From Burkholderiales bacterium (GTDB lineage: Bacteria > Pseudomonadota > Gammaproteobacteria > Burkholderiales > JAEUOS01), in assembly GCA_016790695.1 (NCBI GenBank), contig JAEUOS010000145.1, forward strand, positions 53,712 to 117,711: a stretch of DNA of 64,000 nucleotides. The letters are read 5' to 3'. This document shows positions 32,977-43,706 of this stretch, piece by piece (within the stretch, counting starts at the first letter, position 1; every line of letters begins with the position of its first letter). Under the pieces are notes generated by a model. That model was not told where the DNA came from. It made no database searches and saw nothing but the letters and a program-made list of their open reading frames with translations. Position numbers and translations under genes: made by a program.

Positions 32977-34067
32977 TGCGCCGCTCCGAGCGCGCGCGCG
33001 CGCTCGCGCGATGCCGCGCGGTCCGCGTCGTCCTCGGCCGGGCGTGCCAGGGCGGCGAGGTGCGGTGCGACGATGTCGGCCAGGGCGCGGAGCCAGTCCT
33101 CGCGCTCGTTCAGGCACGGGATGTAGGTGTACGCGCCGCCGCCGGCTGCTTGATAGGCTTGCTTGCCTTCCATCGCGATCTCTTCCAGGGTTTCGAGGCA
33201 GTCGCTGGTGAAGCCCGGGCAGACGACATCCAGGCGCGCCAGTTTACGGGAGCCGAGCTCGATCAGCGTGTCCTGCGTGTAGGGTTTCAGCCATTCCGCC
33301 CGGCCGAAGCGCGACTGGAAGGTTGCGCGCCAGGCGTCATCGGCGAGGCCGAGCGCGGTCGCGAGCAGGCGCGCGGTCTTCAGGCACAGGCAGTGATACG
33401 GATCGCCCTGATCGAGCGTCCGGCGCGGAACCCCGTGAAAGCTCATCACCAGCACGTCGGGCGCGCCGCCCGCGCGCGCCCAATGCTCGCGCACGGAAGC
33501 GGCCAGCGCGGCGATGTAGGCCGGGTGGTCGTGGAACCCACGCACGAAGTCGAACGCCGGGAGATTGCGGGTGCGGCCGCCCCACGCGGCGACGGCGTCG
33601 AACACGCTGGCGGTGGTGCTTGCGGCATATTGCGGGTACAGCGGAATCACGATGACGCGGTCGCAGCCCCGTGCGGTGAGGGAGTCGAGCGCGGTGGCGA
33701 TCGACGGATTGCCATAGCGCATGCCGATGACGACGTCGCAGTCGGTCACGCCGCGCGCCTGCAGCACCTCGGCCAGCAGGCGGCCCTGGCGTTCGGTATG
33801 GACCAGGAGCGGCGAACCCGCCGCGGTCCAGATCTCGCGGTACTTCGCCGCCGACCGCCGCGGCCGGACATTGAGGATGACGCCGTGCAGAATCGGCCAC
33901 CACACCAGCCGCGGAATCTCGACGACGCGCCGGTCCGACAGGAACTGCCGCAGGTAGCGGCGCACCGCCGACGGTGTCGGCGCGTCGGGCGTTCCGAGGT
34001 TGGCGAGCAGGATGCCGACGCGCGCCGGGGAACCATGCCGGTACGCCGGCGCGGCGGAATGCGCCAT
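32973..34067 (-). CDS. hemH: Ferrochelatase
   Basis: NLGTPDAP, MRYGNP, PLYPQY, SFHG, FQSRFG and DCLETLEEI. Confidence 0.97.
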   Translation of the reverse strand: MAHSAAPAYRHGSPARVGILLANLGTPDAPTPSAVRRYLRQFLSDRRVVEIPRLVWWPILHGVILNVRPRRSAAKYREIWTAAGSPLLVHTERQGRLLAEVLQARGVTDCDVVIGMRYGNPSIATALDSLTARGCDRVIVIPLYPQYAASTTASVFDAVAAWGGRTRNLPAFDFVRGFHDHPAYIAALAASVREHWARAGGAPDVLVMSFHGVPRRTLDQGDPYHCLCLKTARLLATALGLADDAWRATFQSRFGRAEWLKPYTQDTLIELGSRKLARLDVVCPGFTSDCLETLEEIAMEGKQAYQAAGGGAYTYIPCLNEREDWLRALADIVAPHLAALARPAEDDADRAASRERARALGAAQ

Positions 34068-34075
34068 CGCGCGGG

Positions 34076-35101
34076 CTACTCGTTGACGCCCGACAAGGCG
34101 TTCGAGAGAAGCTTGGCGGTGATGTCGACGATCGGGATGACGCGCTCGTAGGCCATGCGGGTGGGGCCGATCACGCCCAGCGTCCCGACGATGCGCCCGT
34201 CGACCTCGTAGGGCGCGGTCACCACGCTCATTTCATCGAGGGGCACCAGCGCCGACTCGCCGCCGATGAAGATCTGCACCCCTTCCGCGCGGCTCGAGGT
34301 CTCGAGCAGCTGGATCAGCGTGGTCTTGTGCTCGAACATGTCGAACAGCCGGCGCAGGCGATCCATGTCCGACGACAGGCCGGCGACGCCGAGGAGATTC
34401 TTCTCGCCGGACAGGACATAACCCTCGGTGCTTCCGGCGAGCGCCTGCCCGCTCGCTTCGACCGCCGCCTGCGTCAGCCGGACGATGTCCTCGCGCAGTT
34501 CCTTGAGTTCCTCTCCCAGCCGCTGGCGGATCTGGTCGAAGTCCGCGCCCGCGTAGTGCTGGTTGATGAAGTTGGCGGCTTCGATGAGCTGCGACTGGCT
34601 GTAGGGCTTCTCCGGAAACAGGATCCGGTTCTGCACATCGCCGTCGGCAGTGACGAGGATGAGCAGGATGCGCTTCTCCGAGAGATTGAGGAACTCGATG
34701 TGCCGGAACACGCTCTGCCGGCGCGGCACCATCACCACGCCGGCGAACTGCGACAGTTCCGAGAGCATCTGTGCCGCAGTACTGATCACGCGCTGGGGCT
34801 GATCGGGCAGCAGGTGCTCCTTGAGCTCGAGACGTGCCGTTTCGTCCAGCGGGCGCACGGTCATCAGCGAGTCGACGAACAGCCGGTAGCCGCGCGGCGT
34901 CGGCACGCGGCCGGCGGACGTGTGCGGGCTGGCGATGAAGCCGAGTTCCTCGAGATCGGCCATGACGTTGCGGATCGTTGCCGGCGACAGATCGAGGCCC
35001 GAGTACTTCGAGAGTGCGCGCGAGCCGACCGGCTGGCCGTCGGCGATGTAGCGTTCGACCAGGGTCTTGAGCAGCGTGCGCGCGCGGCGGTCGAGCATCA
35101 T
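34076..35101 (-). CDS. hrcA: Heat-inducible transcription repressor HrcA
   Basis: [30 protein letters not shown] and IGPTRMAY. Confidence 0.96.
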   Translation of the reverse strand: MMLDRRARTLLKTLVERYIADGQPVGSRALSKYSGLDLSPATIRNVMADLEELGFIASPHTSAGRVPTPRGYRLFVDSLMTVRPLDETARLELKEHLLPDQPQRVISTAAQMLSELSQFAGVVMVPRRQSVFRHIEFLNLSEKRILLILVTADGDVQNRILFPEKPYSQSQLIEAANFINQHYAGADFDQIRQRLGEELKELREDIVRLTQAAVEASGQALAGSTEGYVLSGEKNLLGVAGLSSDMDRLRRLFDMFEHKTTLIQLLETSSRAEGVQIFIGGESALVPLDEMSVVTAPYEVDGRIVGTLGVIGPTRMAYERVIPIVDITAKLLSNALSGVNE

Positions 35102-35135
35102 GACTTCACGTTCGACTGGTTCGCCGTCGGCAAGT

Positions 35136-36212
35136 TCACGCCGCCAGCGAGACCGACAGGCGCGTGCCCGGGACGATGATCCCGCCGCGGTCGCCCGGTG
35201 TCGTGCCGCCATAACGTGCCGCGTAGACGTCGGGCAACGGGCGGCCGCCGGGGGGCGCGATCCACAGGCGCAGCAGGTGGCGCTGTCGCTCCGGTTCCGG
35301 CCAGTTCTCGAAGTCGTTGCGCGAGTGCAGGATCTGGTGATTGTGCAGGAACTGCATGTCGCCGCGCTCGAATGCCATCTGCAGATGGATCGCCGGATCG
35401 TTGACCAGTTCGTCGATCAGGTCCATCACCTCGATCTGGGCGGCGCTCAGGCGGCGGGCGGCCGGAAAGCGCCGCTGCGCCTCCTCGATGTAGTGGCGCA
35501 GGTAGATCCCGGAAAGCTTGCCCGCGTGCCAGTTGAAGATCGGGATGTCGAACCACGGATTCATTCCCTCCGGCACCTCGCCGCGGCGGTCGGTGGGAAA
35601 CGGCAGGAAGGCGGCGGGGAGCAGGTCCGGCCGGCGCCTGCGGATCTCGTTGTACACCGTGACGGAACTGGCCAGGAACGACTCGCCCCCGCTTCTGGCG
35701 GTCTGCAGGCACAGGAGACCGACGATGTCGGCCGAGTCGGTGTGGTATTCGAGGCGGCGATTGGTCTGGTAGAAGCGCGTGTTGCCGTCCTTGATGTCGG
35801 CGCCGACGTCCTTGACGTGCCCGAGCAGATGCCCCTTGCCGTTGGAGCTGCGCAGCGTCCCGAAGTGGCGGCCCAGGCCCAGGTAGGCGATGGCGGCGGA
35901 CGTGATGTCGCGGCCCTCCATCGGAAAGCCGCGCACGAGCACGAAGCCGCGGCCGTCGAGGATCTCGCCGAGCATGCGCTCGAGCTTGGCCGACAGCACG
36001 GGAAGGGGAAAGCTGTCGCGGCCGATGCTCTCCATCGGCAGTCCGGTGGAGCGGAAGTGCGCGATGGCGGACTCGATCTCGTCGATGTCGCGGCCGTCGA
36101 GACGCCAGATCCAGTCGCTTCTGCCGGCCAGCTCCGGCCCGTACCAGGCCGACGGGCCGGAAATGGCACCCGGTGGCATCGGTGCGGGCGTTTCGCTAGG
36201 TGAGGCTGCCAT
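35136..36212 (-). CDS. TauD/TfdA-family Fe(II)/2-oxoglutarate dioxygenase
   Basis: HxD motif YHTDSAD, GLLCL, GGES, distal LHSR and RHLLRLW. Confidence 0.85.
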   Translation of the reverse strand: MAASPSETPAPMPPGAISGPSAWYGPELAGRSDWIWRLDGRDIDEIESAIAHFRSTGLPMESIGRDSFPLPVLSAKLERMLGEILDGRGFVLVRGFPMEGRDITSAAIAYLGLGRHFGTLRSSNGKGHLLGHVKDVGADIKDGNTRFYQTNRRLEYHTDSADIVGLLCLQTARSGGESFLASSVTVYNEIRRRRPDLLPAAFLPFPTDRRGEVPEGMNPWFDIPIFNWHAGKLSGIYLRHYIEEAQRRFPAARRLSAAQIEVMDLIDELVNDPAIHLQMAFERGDMQFLHNHQILHSRNDFENWPEPERQRHLLRLWIAPPGGRPLPDVYAARYGGTTPGDRGGIIVPGTRLSVSLAA

Positions 36213-36323
36213 TGGTAGTGTCCCTGTTGCGACGCCAAGATGATGAATCGTAAACTAATCCGCGAAGACGCGCCAAACGCCCGGCCGCAGGCACGGCCGC
36301 CCCCACATCGGAGACATCGAGAC

Positions 36324-37310
36324 ATGAGCTACAGCAACCGCACCCGGGCAGCCGCACTGGCAGCCGCGCTGGTTTCACTGGCCGCGGCCGAGGCCAGCGC
36401 GCAGGCCTACCCGACCCGCCCGATCACGCTGATCGCTCCGTATGCGGCGGGCGGCGACAGCGACGCCTCCGGACGCAACCTCGCGGCCGTGGCGGCCAAG
36501 TACATCGGTCAGCCGCTCGTGGTCCAGAACATCGTCGGCGCATCCGGCACCATCGGCTCCCAGCGCGTGCGCACCAGCGCGCCCGACGGCTACACGCTCC
36601 TCATTTCGCGCGGCGGCTCGCAGGCGATCAGTCCGGCGCTCGATTCGAAGACGCCGTACAAGTGGAACGACTTCACCATGATCTCGCTGCTCGATTTCAA
36701 TCCGGTGGCGTGCGTGGTCAAGGGCGATTCTCCCTACCGCTCCATCCGCGACGTCCTCGATGCGCTGAAGACGCAGCCGGGCAAGCTCAATTACGCCACC
36801 GCGGGGCCCGGGACCACCCAGCACATGGCGGTCGAGATTCTGCTGCGCAGCGCCGGCCTGCCGTCGAATTCCGCCGAGCAGATCGGCTACAAGGGGGGCG
36901 GGGAGGCGACCGCGGCGATCCTGTCGGGGCAGGTGCAGTTCCTGTGCAACAACCTGCCCACGCTCGGCGGGCAGCTGAAGGCCGGCACCATGCGCGGCCT
37001 GCTCACCACGACGGCGGAGCGCCTCAAGGAGTATCCGGACATTCCGACCGCGCGTGAACTGGGCATGGCGGCCATGGAGGACGTCATGGGGTGGAGCGGC
37101 CTCTACGGGCCGCCGGGGCTGCCGGCGGAGGTCGTCAACAAGTGGGTCGAGGTCCTCAGGCGCGTGGCCCAGGACCCCGACTGGCTGCGCGGCAACGCCG
37201 GCTTTGGCGCGATTCCGGCGATCCGGTCCCCGGCCGACACCGAGAAATTCGCCCGCGGCCAGTTCGAGTTCTACGAGAAGCTCGGCACCGCCCTCGGGTT
37301 GCGCAAGTAG
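36324..37310 (+). CDS. Bug/TctC tripartite tricarboxylate transporter substrate-binding protein
   Basis: Signal peptide, YPTRPITLIAPYAAGG, PDGYTLL, YKGGGEA and PDIPT. Confidence 0.92.
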   Translation: MSYSNRTRAAALAAALVSLAAAEASAQAYPTRPITLIAPYAAGGDSDASGRNLAAVAAKYIGQPLVVQNIVGASGTIGSQRVRTSAPDGYTLLISRGGSQAISPALDSKTPYKWNDFTMISLLDFNPVACVVKGDSPYRSIRDVLDALKTQPGKLNYATAGPGTTQHMAVEILLRSAGLPSNSAEQIGYKGGGEATAAILSGQVQFLCNNLPTLGGQLKAGTMRGLLTTTAERLKEYPDIPTARELGMAAMEDVMGWSGLYGPPGLPAEVVNKWVEVLRRVAQDPDWLRGNAGFGAIPAIRSPADTEKFARGQFEFYEKLGTALGLRK

Positions 37311-37316
37311 CCCGGC

Positions 37317-37342
37317 GCGGCGGCGCGGTGCCGCGCCGCCGC
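37317..37342. terminator. Hairpin between convergent genes (possible bidirectional terminator)
   Basis: GCGGCGGCGCGG-TG-CCGCGCCGCCGC, a perfect inverted repeat with no U tract. Confidence 0.4.
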
Positions 37343-37343
37343 C

Positions 37344-37721
37344 TCAGCCCTTGGCGCGCGCGTCGGCGCGCTCGACCAGGTAGCGGAACGCCTCCCGCAG
37401 TTCGGTCTGCGTCTCCGGTGCGAACGCGACGTCGAACACTTCCTGCTGACTGAGATAGAGGCGCAGGCCGGTATGGCCGGTCGGCAGTTCGAAGGTGCCG
37501 ATGCCGGCCAGCGGGATCGCCTCGTCGAGGAAGAAGTCCTTGGTCGGGTCGGCCATCCGCTTCTGGAACACCGCGCCGAGGACGTGCGAGATGGCGGCGG
37601 TCGACAGCGTGATGTTCTGCGAGTTGCCTTTGGCGTCGACCAGATTGAGCTCGAGGCTGCGCGCGTCGGGATCGCGGCGCGCGCTTTCCACCGCGACGGC
37701 GGAGAAGGAGGGGCGTTTCAT
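37344..37721 (-). CDS. Hypothetical protein
   Basis: 125-aa ORF with genome-like codon usage and protein-like composition. It fills the gap downstream of ilvD and has GGAG upstream. Confidence 0.7.
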   Translation of the reverse strand: MKRPSFSAVAVESARRDPDARSLELNLVDAKGNSQNITLSTAAISHVLGAVFQKRMADPTKDFFLDEAIPLAGIGTFELPTGHTGLRLYLSQQEVFDVAFAPETQTELREAFRYLVERADARAKG

Positions 37722-37758
37722 CGTGAGTCAGGCTCCACTGGGATGTCGGGATCGCGCG

Positions 37759-39444
37759 TCATTCCTGGTCGGTCACGGCGCCGCGGGTCGCCGGACCGAC
37801 CTGGCGCATGTACTTGGCCATCAGGCCGCGCGTGTAGCGCGGCGCCGGACGCTTCCAGGCAGCGCGACGCCGCGCGATCACGTCGTCGGCAACATTGAGG
37901 CTCAGGGTCAGCGTGTGGGCGTCGATGGTGATCGAGTCGCCCTCCTCGATGAGGGCGATCAGCCCGCCCTCGTAGGCCTCGGGCGAGACGTGGCCGACGA
38001 CCATGCCCCAGGTTCCGCCCGAGAAGCGGCCGTCGGTGATCAGACCGACGGAATCGCCGAGGCCCTGGCCGATCAGCGCCGAGGTCGGCGCGAGCATCTC
38101 CTGCATCCCGGGCCCGCCCTTGGGGCCCTCGTAGCGGATCACCACGATGTCCCCGGCCTTGATGCGGTTCGCGGTGATCGCCGCCATGGTGTCGTTCTCC
38201 GAGTCGAACACGCGGGCCGGACCGGTGATCGAGGGGTTCTTGAGGCCCGTGATCTTGGCCACGCAGCCCTCGGGCGCGAGGTTGCCCTTGAGGATGGCCA
38301 GGTGCCCCTCGCGATACATCGGCTCGTTCCAGGGGCGGATCACCTCGCCGTCGGGGGCGCGCTTCCATCGCGCCAGTTCCTCGGCGATGGTCTTGCCGGT
38401 GATGGTCATGCAGTCGCCGAACAGGCAGCCGTGCTCGAGCAGCATGTTCATGACCACCGGCACGCCGCCGACGCGATGCAGATCGGTCATCATGAACCGG
38501 CCCGACGGCTTGAGATCGCACAGCACCGGGGTCTTGCGGCGCACCCGCTCGAAGTCGTCGATGGTCCATTCGACCTCGGCCGCGGCCGCGATCGCCAGAT
38601 AGTGCAGCACGCCGTTGGTGGAGCCGCCGGTCGCCATGATCAGCGACACCGCGTTCTCGATCGACTTGCGCGTGATGATGTCGCGCGGGCGCAGGTTGAG
38701 GCGGATGGCCTCGACCAGCACGCGCCCCGAGTCGGCGGCGCTGTCCGCCTTCTCGCCGTCCGGATTGGCCATGGACGATGAGCCCAGCAGCGACATGCCG
38801 AGCGCCTCGAAGGACGACGACATGGTGTTGGCGGTGTACATGCCGCCGCAGGCGCCGTGGGTCGGGCAGGCGTTGCGCTCGATGCCGTCGTAGTCCTCGC
38901 GGCTCATCTTGCCGGCGGTGAAGGCGCCGACGGCCTCGAACGCCGACACCAGATTGACCGGCTGCCCCTTCCAGATGCCCGGCTTGATGGTGCCGCCGTA
39001 GACGTAGATTCCCGGGATGTTCATGCGCGCCAGGGCCATCATGCCGCCGGGCATGTTCTTGTCGCAGGCGCCGACCACGAGGGCGCCGTCCATCATCTGG
39101 CCGTTGACCGCGGTTTCGATCGCATCGGCGATGACTTCGCGCGAGACCAGGGAGTACTTCATCCCTTCGGTGCCCATGCCGATGCCGTCGGTCACCGTCG
39201 GCACGCCGAACACCTGGGGCATGGCGCCATGCTGCTTCAGGGAGGCCATCGCGCGGTCGACCAGCGGCTGGATCCCCGCGTTGCAGGGATTCATGTTCGA
39301 GTGGCCGTTGGCCACACCGACGATGGGCTTGTCGAAGTCGGCATCGGTGAAGCCGACCTCGCGCAGCATGGCGCGATTGGGGCTGCGGTTGATGCCGCCG
39401 GTGATGGCGCGCGAACGCCAGTTGAGGGGTCGGGATTCGGCCAT
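37759..39444 (-). CDS. ilvD: Dihydroxy-acid dehydratase
   Basis: [31 protein letters not shown] and TDGRFSG. Confidence 0.93.
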   Translation of the reverse strand: MAESRPLNWRSRAITGGINRSPNRAMLREVGFTDADFDKPIVGVANGHSNMNPCNAGIQPLVDRAMASLKQHGAMPQVFGVPTVTDGIGMGTEGMKYSLVSREVIADAIETAVNGQMMDGALVVGACDKNMPGGMMALARMNIPGIYVYGGTIKPGIWKGQPVNLVSAFEAVGAFTAGKMSREDYDGIERNACPTHGACGGMYTANTMSSSFEALGMSLLGSSSMANPDGEKADSAADSGRVLVEAIRLNLRPRDIITRKSIENAVSLIMATGGSTNGVLHYLAIAAAAEVEWTIDDFERVRRKTPVLCDLKPSGRFMMTDLHRVGGVPVVMNMLLEHGCLFGDCMTITGKTIAEELARWKRAPDGEVIRPWNEPMYREGHLAILKGNLAPEGCVAKITGLKNPSITGPARVFDSENDTMAAITANRIKAGDIVVIRYEGPKGGPGMQEMLAPTSALIGQGLGDSVGLITDGRFSGGTWGMVVGHVSPEAYEGGLIALIEEGDSITIDAHTLTLSLNVADDVIARRRAAWKRPAPRYTRGLMAKYMRQVGPATRGAVTDQE

Positions 39445-39474
39445 GGTGGGCTCCGTGATGGTGAAGGGGGATGC

Positions 39475-40413
39475 TTACTTTGCCTGCAAGGGCGCGGACG
39501 ATAGCACCGGCGCCGGACGGTGGCAACTCAGCCAGGCGCCGCCGGCGACCAGGAGGAAGCCGACGGCGTGGTACGGATACAGCGCCTCGCCGGCGAGCAG
39601 GGCGGCGAACAGGCAGGCGAATAGCGGCGTGAGATGAATGAAGACACCAGCCTGGGCCGGGCCGACGCGCGCGACGGCGTAGGCATAGGTGAGCGTGGAG
39701 ACGATGGTCGGCACCGCGCTCATGTAGAGCAGCCCGGCGACAGCGGCCGCATCCGGGCGCGGCAGGCCGGTCCGCGAAAGCTCGACGAGGAACACCGGCA
39801 GGGTCAGGGGCAGGCCGGCGGCGGCGACGAGGAACAGGAACGCGAGTATCGAGATCCGCGCCGGGCGCTGGTTGAGCTTGAGCGTGTAGAGCGCCCACAG
39901 GACCATGCCCGCCAGCATCACGAGGTCGCCGCCCTGGATCGCGAGTTGCGCGAGCGCGTTCCAGCTGCCGTGGAACAGGACCACGAGCACGCCGGCGGTG
40001 GCGATGAGCACGCCGACCAGCTCGCGGCCGTCGAAGCGGTGGCCGAAGAACGCCGCGCCGAGCCCGAGAATCACGACCGGAATCGCGGAATTGAGCAGGC
40101 CCAGGTGCACCGCGCTCGAGTCGGCGAGACCGCTGAACACGACCATGCTCTGCGGCACGCCGCCGAGGCAGGTGAACAGGACGATCGCGCGCCAGTGCGC
40201 GCGGATGGCTGCGCCGACCTCGGCGCGCTCGCGCCAGGCGAACGGCGCGGCGAGCAGCATGACGATGAACCACCGCATCCAGGTCATCGGAATGGCGCCG
40301 TAGACCGGGAGCACCAGCTTGGCGACCGCGCCGTTGCTGCCCCACAGGGCCATGGTCAGGACCAGGGCACCGAACGCGAGGCGGCGCGAATGCGCTGGCG
40401 GGGAAAATGGCAT
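39475..40413 (-). CDS. DMT/EamA-family transporter
   Basis: About 10 hydrophobic segments in two EamA-like repeats (WGSN..., WALYT, VGPAQAG). Confidence 0.88.
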   Translation of the reverse strand: MPFSPPAHSRRLAFGALVLTMALWGSNGAVAKLVLPVYGAIPMTWMRWFIVMLLAAPFAWRERAEVGAAIRAHWRAIVLFTCLGGVPQSMVVFSGLADSSAVHLGLLNSAIPVVILGLGAAFFGHRFDGRELVGVLIATAGVLVVLFHGSWNALAQLAIQGGDLVMLAGMVLWALYTLKLNQRPARISILAFLFLVAAAGLPLTLPVFLVELSRTGLPRPDAAAVAGLLYMSAVPTIVSTLTYAYAVARVGPAQAGVFIHLTPLFACLFAALLAGEALYPYHAVGFLLVAGGAWLSCHRPAPVLSSAPLQAK

Positions 40414-40443
40414 GGCGGGACTTTAGCGCAGCCGCCGTCCGCC

Positions 40444-40486
40444 ATCCAATACATTAATATTGATCCATTGATACCCTAATGATATG
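40444..40486. promoter_or_regulatory. AT-rich divergent promoter with a probable LysR binding site
   Basis: AT-rich tract (AATACATTAATATT...TGATACCCTAATGATATG) between the divergent DMT and LysR genes. Confidence 0.45.
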
Positions 40487-41407
40487 AACCCACGCGGCTT
40501 CGCTCCTGACCTCCGCCAATGGCGCCAGTTCGTCGCCGTCGCCGAGACGCTCCATTTCGGCCGCGCCGCGCTGCGCCTGTCGATGGCGCAGCCGCCGCTG
40601 TCGCGCGCGATCGCCCGGCTCGAGGACGGATTGGGCGCGCGCCTGTTCGATCGCCGCGGCAAGCGGGTCGCGCTGTCCGCCATCGGGCACGCGCTGCTCC
40701 CGGAGGCGCGCGCCGTGCTCGCGGCGGCGGACCGACTGGCCGACCTCGCGCGCGCGGCCGCGGCCGGCGCGTTCGGCGAGTTGTCGCTGTCGTTCGTGTC
40801 GATCGTCGACTACTCGTTCCTGCCGGCGCTGCTGCGGCGCTACCGCGTCAGGCACCCCGGGGTTCGCGTGAGCCTGCGCGAGGCGACCACCGACGTGCAG
40901 ATCGCCGCGCTCGAATCGGCCGCCGTCGATGCGGGGATCATCTTCGGGCCGCCGCCGGTTGCGACGCCCGGCAGCGCGGCCGCACTGTCATACGCGCCCC
41001 TCGCGGCCGAACCGCTGGTGCTGGCGCTGCCGTCGGCCCTCGCGCGCCGGTTCCGCGCCGGTCCGGTGTCGCTGCGCGCGCTCGCCGCGCAGCCATTCAT
41101 CGCGACACCGCGCCACGTTGCGCCGCAATTGGCCGATGCGGTGACGGCGGTGTGCGCCGACGCGGGCTTTGCGCCGCGCATCGTTCAGGAAGCGATCCAG
41201 ATGCAGACGGTGATCTCGCTGGTGTCGGCCGGCATCGGCGTGGCCCTGGTGCCGCAGTCGATCACCAGCCTGCGGCGTCCCGGTGTCGTCTACCGGCCGC
41301 TGCGCGGCAGCGGTCCCGTGCTGGAGATCGGCCTCGCGTGGCGGCAGGGCAATCCGTCCGCGGCGCTCGCGCGCTTTGTCGCGCTTGCGGCACAATCGCG
41401 CCCTTGA
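40484..41407 (+). CDS. LysR-family regulator (IlvR/AlsR-like)
   Basis: [31 protein letters not shown] and [12 protein letters not shown]. Confidence 0.93.
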   Translation: MNPRGFAPDLRQWRQFVAVAETLHFGRAALRLSMAQPPLSRAIARLEDGLGARLFDRRGKRVALSAIGHALLPEARAVLAAADRLADLARAAAAGAFGELSLSFVSIVDYSFLPALLRRYRVRHPGVRVSLREATTDVQIAALESAAVDAGIIFGPPPVATPGSAAALSYAPLAAEPLVLALPSALARRFRAGPVSLRALAAQPFIATPRHVAPQLADAVTAVCADAGFAPRIVQEAIQMQTVISLVSAGIGVALVPQSITSLRRPGVVYRPLRGSGPVLEIGLAWRQGNPSAALARFVALAAQSRP

Positions 41408-41468
41408 GCGTGTCCTCCTCGACCGCGCCCGTTCGCAGAGACCCCGGGGCAACCCGCCGCATCCCGAC

Positions 41469-42320
41469 ATGCTGATCCATCCGAACTTCGACCCGGTCGC
41501 GCTGGCCATCGGCCCGATTGCCATCCGCTGGTACGGGCTGATGTACCTCGTTGCCTTCGTCGCGTTCGTCCTCCTTTGCCGCCTGCATGCGAGGCGCCTG
41601 CCGGAGCTGGGATGGCATCCGCGCATGATCGACGACGTCCTCTTCTTCGGCGTCATCGGCGTGATCGTCGGCGGCCGGCTCGGGTATGTGCTGTTCTACA
41701 AGCCCGTCTACTACGCGAGCCACCTCGCCGAGATCCCCGCCGTCTGGCAGGGGGGCATGTCGTTCCATGGCGGCTTCCTGGGCGTGCTTGCGGCGATGTG
41801 GTGGTACGCGCGCTCGCGGCGGCTTGAGTTCTGGAGCGTGATGGATTTCATCGCGCCCGCGGTGCCGCTGGGCCTGGCCAGCGGGCGTCTCGGGAATTTC
41901 ATCAATGGCGAACTCTGGGGCCGGGCCACGACGCTGCCCTGGGGCATGGTGTTCCCGCAGGCCGGCGACGGCATCGCGAGGCATCCGTCGCAGTTGTACC
42001 AGTTCGCCCTCGAGGGGGTGGCGCTGTTCGTGGTGTTGTGGGTCTTTGCCAGGCGCCCGCGCCCGGCGGGTGCGGTCTCGGGACTGTTCCTGAGCGGCTA
42101 CGGACTGTTCCGCTTCATCGCGGAATTCGCCCGCGAGCCCGATGCGTTCCTGGGATTGCTGGCGCTCGGAATGACGATGGGGCAGTGGCTGAGCGTGCCG
42201 ATGATCCTGGCCGGCATCGGGCTGATGGTGTGGTCTAGCCGCCGGACGGGGCACCTGCCCGATGCTCGGCCAGATCGTTCCATACCCGCTGGTCGATCAG
42301 GCGGCCGTCGCGGACCGTGA
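41469..42320 (+). CDS. lgt: Prolipoprotein diacylglyceryl transferase
   Basis: [36 protein letters not shown] and RHPSQLY. Confidence 0.96.
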   Translation: MLIHPNFDPVALAIGPIAIRWYGLMYLVAFVAFVLLCRLHARRLPELGWHPRMIDDVLFFGVIGVIVGGRLGYVLFYKPVYYASHLAEIPAVWQGGMSFHGGFLGVLAAMWWYARSRRLEFWSVMDFIAPAVPLGLASGRLGNFINGELWGRATTLPWGMVFPQAGDGIARHPSQLYQFALEGVALFVVLWVFARRPRPAGAVSGLFLSGYGLFRFIAEFAREPDAFLGLLALGMTMGQWLSVPMILAGIGLMVWSSRRTGHLPDARPDRSIPAGRSGGRRGP

Positions 42321-42621
42321 AGCGATCGATGAAGCGGATGCCCGAGAACGCGCTGCCATCGTGCCACTCGCCGGCGAGGGTGCCGAAGCAATAGACGGCG
42401 GCAGTCTCGCCTGCGGCGCACGTGTCGAAGTGATCGTAGGTCTTGCGCACGAAGCGATAGCGCGGCCTGGCCCAGTCGATGAGCGCGCCGAGCGAGTGCA
42501 TGCGCGCGGCGCCGGGAAATTCCATCCAGAATCCCTCGGCAAGCAGTGCCTGTGCGGCCTCCAGGTCGCGCGCTTCCATCAGCGCGAGGTAGCGCCGCAC
42601 GATCTGCTCGGGCGGGGTCAT
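42235..42621 (-). CDS. SnoaL/NTF2-like protein
   Basis: [13 protein letters not shown] and GTLAGEW...IRFIDRF...[11 protein letters not shown]-coupled to the GNAT gene. Confidence 0.78.
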   Translation of the reverse strand: MTPPEQIVRRYLALMEARDLEAAQALLAEGFWMEFPGAARMHSLGALIDWARPRYRFVRKTYDHFDTCAAGETAAVYCFGTLAGEWHDGSAFSGIRFIDRFTVRDGRLIDQRVWNDLAEHRAGAPSGG

Positions 42622-43100
42622 ACGGCGGCCTCTGCCGGGCGCAGCGTCAGTCGCATCGACACCTGGTCGACCCGGCCATAGTAGCCGCCGGGCTTGCGGC
42701 CGCATTCGACGAAGCCGGCATCCATGTACAGGCGCCGCGCCGCCAGATTGTCCTCGCGCAGGTCGACGCGCAGGACGGCCGTGCCGGCGACGTCGGCCGT
42801 GGTCAGGAGCCAGCCGAGCAGATGGCGCGCGAGGCCGGTGCGCCGCGCGGCGGGCGCGACCGCGAGCAGGGCGAGGTAGGCTTCGGTGTCCGCATAGCTC
42901 ATGGCGGCGAAGCCGGCGATCGCGCCGTCACGTTCGGCGACGATGACGTTGTGCCGCGCCGAGGCGACCAGGTCCCGGATCGCCGGTGCACGCCAGCGCC
43001 ACGGCAGGCCGGCCTCGATGGTGTCCCGCGACAGGCAGGCGATCGCCTCCGCGTCGTCTGCGCGCGCCAGGCGGATGGCCGGGGCAGGCACCGCGTTCAT
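42618..43100 (-). CDS. GNAT N-acetyltransferase (RimI-like)
   Basis: LAVAPAARRTGLA acetyl-CoA motif, NLAARRLY..GF and YY. Confidence 0.85.
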   Translation of the reverse strand: MNAVPAPAIRLARADDAEAIACLSRDTIEAGLPWRWRAPAIRDLVASARHNVIVAERDGAIAGFAAMSYADTEAYLALLAVAPAARRTGLARHLLGWLLTTADVAGTAVLRVDLREDNLAARRLYMDAGFVECGRKPGGYYGRVDQVSMRLTLRPAEAAV

Positions 43101-43115
43101 GGCCGCGCTAGCGAT

Positions 43116-43574
43116 TCATTCGTAGCGCCGGCTGACGCTCTCGGCAACGCAGGCCGGCTTGTCGGCGCCCTCGACCTCGATGGTGGCGAGCATCGTGACC
43201 TGGACGCCGCCCGCAATATCCTCGACGTCCTTGATCGCGAAACGTCCGCGGACGCGCGAGCCGACCGGCACGGGATTCGGGAAGCGCACCTTGTTCAGGC
43301 CGTAGTTGACACCCATGCGGGCGCTCGACATCCGGATGCACTCCTGCGAGAACAGCGGGATCAGCGACAGGGTGAGGAAGCCGTGCGCGACGGTGGTCTT
43401 GAACGGCGAGGACTTGGCCTTTTCCGGGTCGACGTGGATCCACTGGAAATCGCCCGTCGCTTCCGCGAACTGGTTGATGCGCTCCTGCGTGATCACGTGC
43501 CAGTCGCTGACGGCGATTTCCTGGCCGACCATGCCCTTGAGGTCGGCAAGGCGCTTGATTTCTATGGATTTCAT
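43116..43574 (-). CDS. MaoC-family dehydratase
   Basis: FAEATGDFQWIHVD, AHGFLTLSL and NYGLNKVRF. Confidence 0.92.
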   Translation of the reverse strand: MKSIEIKRLADLKGMVGQEIAVSDWHVITQERINQFAEATGDFQWIHVDPEKAKSSPFKTTVAHGFLTLSLIPLFSQECIRMSSARMGVNYGLNKVRFPNPVPVGSRVRGRFAIKDVEDIAGGVQVTMLATIEVEGADKPACVAESVSRRYE

Positions 43575-43706
43575 CGGAGCGCTGGAACGGAGAGGGGACC
43601 GCATTGATTATACTGATCCGCGATTCCACCACGAACCGGGGAGTCCCGCGGGCGGCCGCGGCGCGTGACGCGTACGGCCGATGCGTGTCCCGGTATGCAT
43701 CCATCC

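Noticed and set aside
42235-42320. 86-bp convergent overlap of lgt and the SnoaL-like gene
   Set aside because: Most likely a neutral C-terminal extension of Lgt past its usual end.
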